A stretch of DNA of 64,000 nt from Nitrosopumilus sp. (GTDB lineage Archaea > Thermoproteota > Nitrososphaeria > Nitrososphaerales > Nitrosopumilaceae): positions 864,001 through 928,000 of the forward strand of contig CBDBLO010000002.1 of assembly GCA_965207075.1 (NCBI GenBank), in the 5' to 3' direction. A program made the position numbers and the translations under genes. Below, in pieces: positions 58,606 to 64,000 of this stretch. The notes below the pieces were generated by a model, which was not told the DNA's origin, made no database searches, and saw nothing but the letters and a program-made list of their open reading frames with translations. Within the stretch, counting starts at the first letter, position 1. Every line of letters starts with the position of its first letter.

Positions 58606-61600
58606 ATGTCAGTGGAGACGGTAAAGACCATCGACAGCATCAGGTTTTCGGTGTGGTCGCCGACTGAGATACGCAAGTACTCCGTGGCCGAGGTGACGGC
58701 TCCCGAGACGTACGACGAGGACGGGATTCCGGTACAGGGCGGGCTGATGGACGGCCGGCTTGGCACGCTGGAGCCCGGACAGAAGTGCCTCACGTGCGGG
58801 AACACTGCCGCGAGGTGTCCGGGGCACTTTGGACACATCGAGCTTGCAGAGCCCGTGCTCCACATCGCGTTCATAGACAACATCCACAAGCTGCTCTTGT
58901 CGATGTGCCGCTCCTGCTCCCGGCTGAAGGTGCCGCAGGACGTGCTTGATGCGTTCCGCGCGGTAAAGCGCAAGGAGGCCGCGTACACCATAGTGTCCCA
59001 AAAGCGCATACCCGAGAAGATAATCGAGAAAGCCCGCAAGCAAAAGGACTGCCCCCACTGCGGCAAGTCCCAGTATGAGCTTATATTTACAAAGCCCACC
59101 ATATTCGTGGAGAAGACCGAGGCCGGCGAGAACAGGCTGCTGCCGATCACGATCCGCGAGCGCTTCTCGCAGATACTTGACGATGATCTCGAGCTGCTGT
59201 CCTACGACCCGACCACGGCGCGTCCCGAGTGGTTCGTCCTCCAGGCGCTGCCCGTCCCGCCCGTGACCGTGAGGCCCTCCATTATACTGGAGACCGGGAT
59301 ACGCTCCGAGGACGACCTGACGCACAAGATGGTCGACATAATACGCGTCAACCAGCGCCTCAAGGAGAGCAAGGAGGCCGGGACACCCCCCCTAATAGTG
59401 CAGGATCTCGTGGACCTGCTGCAATACCACACTACCACGTACTTTGACAACGAGGTCTCCGGCATACCGCAGGCGCACCACCGCTCCGGCAGGCCCCTCA
59501 AGACGCTGACGCAGCGCCTCAAGGGAAAGGAGGGAAGGTTCCGGGGCTCGCTGTCCGGCAAGCGCGTGGACTTTTCGAGCCGCACCGTGATATCCCCCGA
59601 CCCCAACCTGGACCTCTCCGAGGTGGGCGTCCCGGAGAGCGTCGCCATGAAGCTTACCATACCTGAGATAGTGACGGAGTGGAACATCGAGCACATGCGC
59701 AAGCTCATAATCAACGGGCCTGAAAAGTTCCCCGGCGTCAACTATATCGTCAGGCCCGACGGCGTAAAGATACGCCTCGACTTCGTGGACGACCGCAGCG
59801 GAATAGCCGAGTCCCTGGAGCGCGGGTACAGGGTGGAGCGGCACCTGTCCGACGGCGACATTGTGATGTTCAACAGGCAGCCGTCGCTGCACCAGATGTC
59901 CATAATGGCCCACTATGTGAGGGTGCTTCCGGGCAAGACGTTCCGGCTGCACCCGTCAGTGTGCCCCCCCTACAACGCGGACTTTGACGGTGACGAGATG
60001 AACCTGCACGTGCCGCAGAGCGAGGAGGCCCGCGCCGAGGCAATCCTGCTGATGAGGGTACAGGAGCAGCTGATATCGCCCAGATACGGCGGCCCCATCA
60101 TAGGGGCGCTGAGGGACTTTGTTACGGGCGCCTACCTGATGACCAAGGACGACACGCTGCTGTCCGTCTCGGAGTTCTCAAACCTGGCCATGCTCGGCGG
60201 GTACGACGGCAAGCTTCCAAAGCCCGCGGCCTCGATGCCTGTGGAGGGGGGGAGCAGAGGAGGCGGCAGCAGCAGGAAGGGAGAGCAGCCCGCGTATACT
60301 GGCAAGCAGCTCTTCTCGCTCTTCCTGCCCGCCGACTTTAACTACGTGATGACATCCAAGTGGTCCAAGGGCACGAAGGGCAAGCAGAACGACGTCGTGA
60401 TAAAGAACGGGCAGCTGATAAGCGGGGTCATCGACAAGACGTCCATCGGGGCGGAGGAGCCGGAGAGCGTGCTGCACCGAATCGCCAAGGACTATGGGAA
60501 CGACGTCGGCAAGAAGTTCCTCAACTCCATACTCATCATGGTCAAGCAGTTCATCACACACTACGGGTTCAGCTACGGCCTCGGGGACCTGGAGGTGCCG
60601 GAGGCCGACCGCAGACACATACTGGACGACATACGCGGCACGTACGACCAGGTGTCGGATCTGATCGGGCAGCACGAGGACGGCACCCTGAAGGTCACCC
60701 GCGGAATGCGCCCCGAGGAGGCGCTCGAGGCGTACATCGTAAACGAGCTTGGCAAGGCCAGGGACCGCGCAGGCTCGGCCGCGAACGACTCGATGCATGC
60801 TGACAACGCCGGCAAGATAATGGCCACCACGGGCGCACGCGGCTCGTCGCTCAACGTGGGGCAGATGGCCGGCGCCCTCGGGCAGCAGTCCAGGCGCGGC
60901 AACAGGCTCAACGACGGGTACAGCGACAGGGCCCTGCCCCACTTTAAGAGGCACGACAACAACCCCGACGCGCACGGGTTTGTAAAGTCCAACTACCGGG
61001 ACGGACTGTCCGCCCTCGAGTTCTTCTTCCACGCGATGGGCGGACGGGAAGGGCTTGTCGACACGGCCGTCCGCACGCAGCAGAGCGGCTACATGCAGCG
61101 GCGCCTGATAAACGCGCTGGAGCACATCAGGCTCGAGTATGACGGGACGGTCAGGGACCCGCACGGGCACATAATACAGTTCATGTACGGCGAGGACGGC
61201 ATCGACGTCGCAAAGAGCGACCACGGCGAGGCGTTCAACGCGCGCAGGCTCACCGAGTCGCAGACTATAGTGGACACCGGGGCCAAGGCCACAAGGGCCG
61301 AGCTTGACGCGCTGGTCGCCAAGTATACAAAGACGTTCAATCCGAGGCTCGCATCGCACGTGGCCGACGCGCTGCACAGCTCCGGACTCAGCAAGGCGGG
61401 GGCAGAGGCCGTCTGCAAAAAGGGGCTCCTGCTGTACAACAAGGCAAAGGTCGAGCCGGGACAGGCCGTCGGCATCGTCACGGCGCAGTCGATAGGGGAG
61501 CCCGGCACGCAGATGACGCTCCGGACCTTCCACTTTGCCGGGATCCGGGAGCGCAACGTCACGCTGGGACTGCCCCGGCTCATCGAACTGGTCGACGCGC

Positions 61601-62439
61601 GCAAAAAGCCCGTCACGCCCACGATGGACATATACCTTGACGAGGAGAACCGCACGTCGCGTGAGGGGGCCATAGAGGTCGCAAAACACGTGCTCCAGAC
61701 AAAGGTAAGCTCCCTTGTGGAGACGCACGACACGGACTATGCGACCCAGATAAGGCTGGTACTGGGGGAGCAGAAGCTGAAGTCCCGGGGGTGCAGCATG
61801 GTCGACGTGGAGGCGGCGCTCGCATCCAACAAGAAGTTCAAGACCGAGAGCACCGGCAACATGCTGGTGCTCAACTTGGTCGAGGAGCCGGACACGGCGA
61901 CCGTAATTGCAATCCGGAACAAGGTGCTCAATACCACCGTCAAGGGCGTGCCCGACATAGAGCGCGTCTCGCTTGTCCAAAAGGACGGCGAGTGGGTGAT
62001 ACAGACCACCGGCTCCAACATTGCCAAGATACTGGAGGTCGGAGGGGTGGACAGGCGCAAGGTGCGCACGAACAACGTCTTTGAGATTGCCGGGACGCTC
62101 GGGATAGAGGCCGCCCGCAACGCCCTGATAAACGAGCTGAACAACACGCTGGAGGACCAGGGGCTGGAGGTCGACAACCGCTACATCATGCTCGTCTCCG
62201 ATCTGATGTGCTCGCGCGGATACATGCAGCAGATAGGGAGGCACGGGATCGCCGGCACAAAGGACAGCGTGCTTGCAAGGGCGGCCTTTGAGATCACCGT
62301 CCCGACCATAGCGCACGCGGCTCTCGGCGGCGAGATCGAGCAGCTGAAGGGAATCACGGAGAACGTCATAGTGGGCAGCAACATACCGATTGGAAGCGGG
62401 ACCGTCGACCTGTACATGCAGGTCAGCAAGAAGAGGTGA
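58606..62439 (+). CDS. rpoA: RNA polymerase subunit Rpo1 (A'/A'' fused)
   Basis: CPGHFGH, NADFDGDEMN catalytic motif and AQSIGEPGTQMTL in one ORF. Confidence 0.99.
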   Translation: MSVETVKTIDSIRFSVWSPTEIRKYSVAEVTAPETYDEDGIPVQGGLMDGRLGTLEPGQKCLTCGNTAARCPGHFGHIELAEPVLHIAFIDNIHKLLLSMCRSCSRLKVPQDVLDAFRAVKRKEAAYTIVSQKRIPEKIIEKARKQKDCPHCGKSQYELIFTKPTIFVEKTEAGENRLLPITIRERFSQILDDDLELLSYDPTTARPEWFVLQALPVPPVTVRPSIILETGIRSEDDLTHKMVDIIRVNQRLKESKEAGTPPLIVQDLVDLLQYHTTTYFDNEVSGIPQAHHRSGRPLKTLTQRLKGKEGRFRGSLSGKRVDFSSRTVISPDPNLDLSEVGVPESVAMKLTIPEIVTEWNIEHMRKLIINGPEKFPGVNYIVRPDGVKIRLDFVDDRSGIAESLERGYRVERHLSDGDIVMFNRQPSLHQMSIMAHYVRVLPGKTFRLHPSVCPPYNADFDGDEMNLHVPQSEEARAEAILLMRVQEQLISPRYGGPIIGALRDFVTGAYLMTKDDTLLSVSEFSNLAMLGGYDGKLPKPAASMPVEGGSRGGGSSRKGEQPAYTGKQLFSLFLPADFNYVMTSKWSKGTKGKQNDVVIKNGQLISGVIDKTSIGAEEPESVLHRIAKDYGNDVGKKFLNSILIMVKQFITHYGFSYGLGDLEVPEADRRHILDDIRGTYDQVSDLIGQHEDGTLKVTRGMRPEEALEAYIVNELGKARDRAGSAANDSMHADNAGKIMATTGARGSSLNVGQMAGALGQQSRRGNRLNDGYSDRALPHFKRHDNNPDAHGFVKSNYRDGLSALEFFFHAMGGREGLVDTAVRTQQSGYMQRRLINALEHIRLEYDGTVRDPHGHIIQFMYGEDGIDVAKSDHGEAFNARRLTESQTIVDTGAKATRAELDALVAKYTKTFNPRLASHVADALHSSGLSKAGAEAVCKKGLLLYNKAKVEPGQAVGIVTAQSIGEPGTQMTLRTFHFAGIRERNVTLGLPRLIELVDARKKPVTPTMDIYLDEENRTSREGAIEVAKHVLQTKVSSLVETHDTDYATQIRLVLGEQKLKSRGCSMVDVEAALASNKKFKTESTGNMLVLNLVEEPDTATVIAIRNKVLNTTVKGVPDIERVSLVQKDGEWVIQTTGSNIAKILEVGGVDRRKVRTNNVFEIAGTLGIEAARNALINELNNTLEDQGLEVDNRYIMLVSDLMCSRGYMQQIGRHGIAGTKDSVLARAAFEITVPTIAHAALGGEIEQLKGITENVIVGSNIPIGSGTVDLYMQVSKKR

Positions 62440-62620
62440 CCTGGCGGGTTCCGTCTGCGGTAGGATATGTGTTGGTGACTATTATTATTATTATTATGAC
62501 AATGGCGATGATGGTGATGACGACGATAATAAAATCGGCGACGGCTGTAACAGCGGCCCCAGTGACATCAATGGCCGTGCCGCGGACGAAAACCGCGGCA
62601 CTGCGGCAGCGGCGGCGGCG

Positions 62621-62875
62621 ATGATCTTGGCCGACGAGATATCCGCGTTGCTTGAGGGCAGAAAGGGAAAACCGCTGATGATAAAGCTGCGGAGCGGCAA
62701 GGTTGTAAACGGGATATTGCGCGACTTTGACATACACATGACTATGAAGCTTGACTCTATCAGCGAGGTATCTGCCGACGGCAAGGAGCGGGACGAGCTT
62801 GACACTGTACTGCTCCGGGGCGACAACATCGTGATGATCTCGATACCCGATGATGATGACGGTGCTGCGGAATAG
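62621..62875 (+). CDS. Sm/Lsm RNA-binding protein (start 62621 or TTG 62627)
   Basis: G.LRDFD.HM.M.L Sm1 and LLRGDNIV Sm2 motifs. Confidence 0.9.
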   Translation: MILADEISALLEGRKGKPLMIKLRSGKVVNGILRDFDIHMTMKLDSISEVSADGKERDELDTVLLRGDNIVMISIPDDDDGAAE

Positions 62876-62939
62876 CACCGGTCCAAGACAGCGGCGATGC
62901 TGGATCCTGATCGCCTGTCACCCTGCATCGGCCGGCGCG

Positions 62940-64000
62940 TCACGCGCTGCCTGATTCTCCGTTTATCTCGTTGACTGCCCTGATTCCGTATATGTCGCGG
63001 ACTTGGGACATGTTAATGGACCCCCTTACCATGTCGGCGCCCATCATTTCATTCATGATGGAGTAGACGTCGGCAAACCTGATCTCCCACCTGTCGGCGC
63101 AGTCCAGTATCTTGCTGGCCGCCCACCTTCTCACGCCGGGCGGAAGCCCTCTGGGGCCATCGCTGTCGTCACTGCCCCCGTCGCCGCCGCCAAACACCCC
63201 GTCGATGTCCGCCGTCTTGGCCGACATCTCCCGTATCGTGTCCAGGTCCCCGTACTTTGACTCTGAGCTCATCCTCATTGCGGATTGGTACTCGGAGAGC
63301 CTCAGCAGCCTCGCCGTCTCCTCTGACGCCTCGCGGGCCGACTCGTCTGAGCTGCCCTTGATCTCCTGAATCCTGGAGTACATCTCGTCTATCTTTCCGT
63401 ATAGATCCGCCGCATTCTCCTGCTGCCTCTGCAGGATCCCCGACGCGCTGGACATCTTTTGGTCCATTATCCCTATTATCCCCGCAATGTCTGATTTTAC
63501 GGAGACGATCTCCTCCCGGACCCTGTCGAGGCTGTCCTTTGTGAGGGCCGCCTCGTCGGCGCTTTTTGCAAGGATCGCAATCTCAGAGCCTATGCTCTCA
63601 AGCCTGCCTGTAATGGATTCTGGAATCTCGATCCTAGCGGCCGACTCTGTCTTTGACGTGATGGCGTCAAGCTGACTTTTGAACCCGTCAAGCACCGCGT
63701 CCACGTCTTTGATCTTGGCCGTTTCTGCTGCGACCTGCCCCAGCGTCTCCCTGATACCTTCCTGCACCCCAGAACTGGACTTTGCAACGGTCTCCACCCT
63801 GTCGGCAAGCCTGTCGAGCTCCTGCTTTAGGTGGGTACTCGAGGCAGAGCCGGCATTGACCGCGTCTGCAATGCCTGAAATCTCGGTCCTCAGCGCGTCT
63901 ATCTCGATGCCGGTGCCCGTGGCCGAGGCTGCCCTTGCGCCCACCACCCTTATCTCGTTCCTTGTCGCATCCAATGCCCGTGACAGGCCTGCGATAGACT
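62940..64000 (-). CDS. Coiled-coil protein, C-terminal part (5' truncated by window edge)
   Basis: Long heptad-rich ORF open to the edge; conserved-looking C-terminus ESKYGD...WA.SKILDCADRWEIRF.D...RDIYGIRAV. Confidence 0.8.
   Translation of the reverse strand, partial: SIAGLSRALDATRNEIRVVGARAASATGTGIEIDALRTEISGIADAVNAGSASSTHLKQELDRLADRVETVAKSSSGVQEGIRETLGQVAAETAKIKDVDAVLDGFKSQLDAITSKTESAARIEIPESITGRLESIGSEIAILAKSADEAALTKDSLDRVREEIVSVKSDIAGIIGIMDQKMSSASGILQRQQENAADLYGKIDEMYSRIQEIKGSSDESAREASEETARLLRLSEYQSAMRMSSESKYGDLDTIREMSAKTADIDGVFGGGDGGSDDSDGPRGLPPGVRRWAASKILDCADRWEIRFADVYSIMNEMMGADMVRGSINMSQVRDIYGIRAVNEINGESGSA

Noticed and set aside
60178-62316. 712-aa antisense ORF (and many similar long overlapping ORFs)
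   Set aside because: Shadow ORFs caused by the high GC3 of the real gene on the opposite strand; no recognisable motifs
58606-62439. Fused Rpo1 (A'/A'') as a novelty
   Set aside because: Established feature of Thaumarchaeota; used only as a taxonomic marker
62390-62620. Tyr/Asp-rich N-terminal extension of Lsm
   Set aside because: Upstream start overlaps rpoA and the stretch is triplet microsatellite; the Lsm domain starts plausibly at 62621/62627
1-64000. tRNA/rRNA genes
   Set aside because: No cloverleaf or rRNA signature recognised by eye; a covariance-model scan was not possible

Overview
Chromosomal segment of a high-GC ammonia-oxidising archaeon (Nitrososphaerota/Thaumarchaeota, Nitrosopumilaceae-like). 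Evidence: unsplit Rpo1 and Rpo2, PEFG-CTERM and CFI-box-CTERM surface proteins, an S-layer-like protein, and TATA-box promoters next to start codons. High GC, IS elements and an integrin-like FG-GAP protein suggest a Cenarchaeum-like, possibly sponge-associated lineage (inference). From left to right: a polyphosphate cluster (ppx, two dTMP-kinase-like genes, CHAD); uppP; sufB-sufD-Rieske-sufS-sufU; a lower-GC island (IS630, IS66 and SWIM-finger remnants, a secreted protein of 10 tandem Cache domains); pgk, nnrE, MBL hydrolase, cobT, glmS, FG-GAP protein, rps4/rps13; a two-domain multicopper oxidase with a ZIP transporter; a CDF transporter; an S-layer-like protein, a CFI-box protein and IS5; radical SAM-larB-mdh and larC-larE-iscS; four PEFG-CTERM genes; rpoH-rpoB-rpoA; Lsm. 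Most notable: the output-less 10x Cache protein, the probable heteromeric polyphosphate kinase operon, shared DtxR-like boxes before suf and MCO-ZIP, a nickel-pincer cluster without larA, an unannotated 50-aa Cys-rich protein, and pervasive low-complexity insertions in core enzymes. All calls come from reading motifs; no database search was run.
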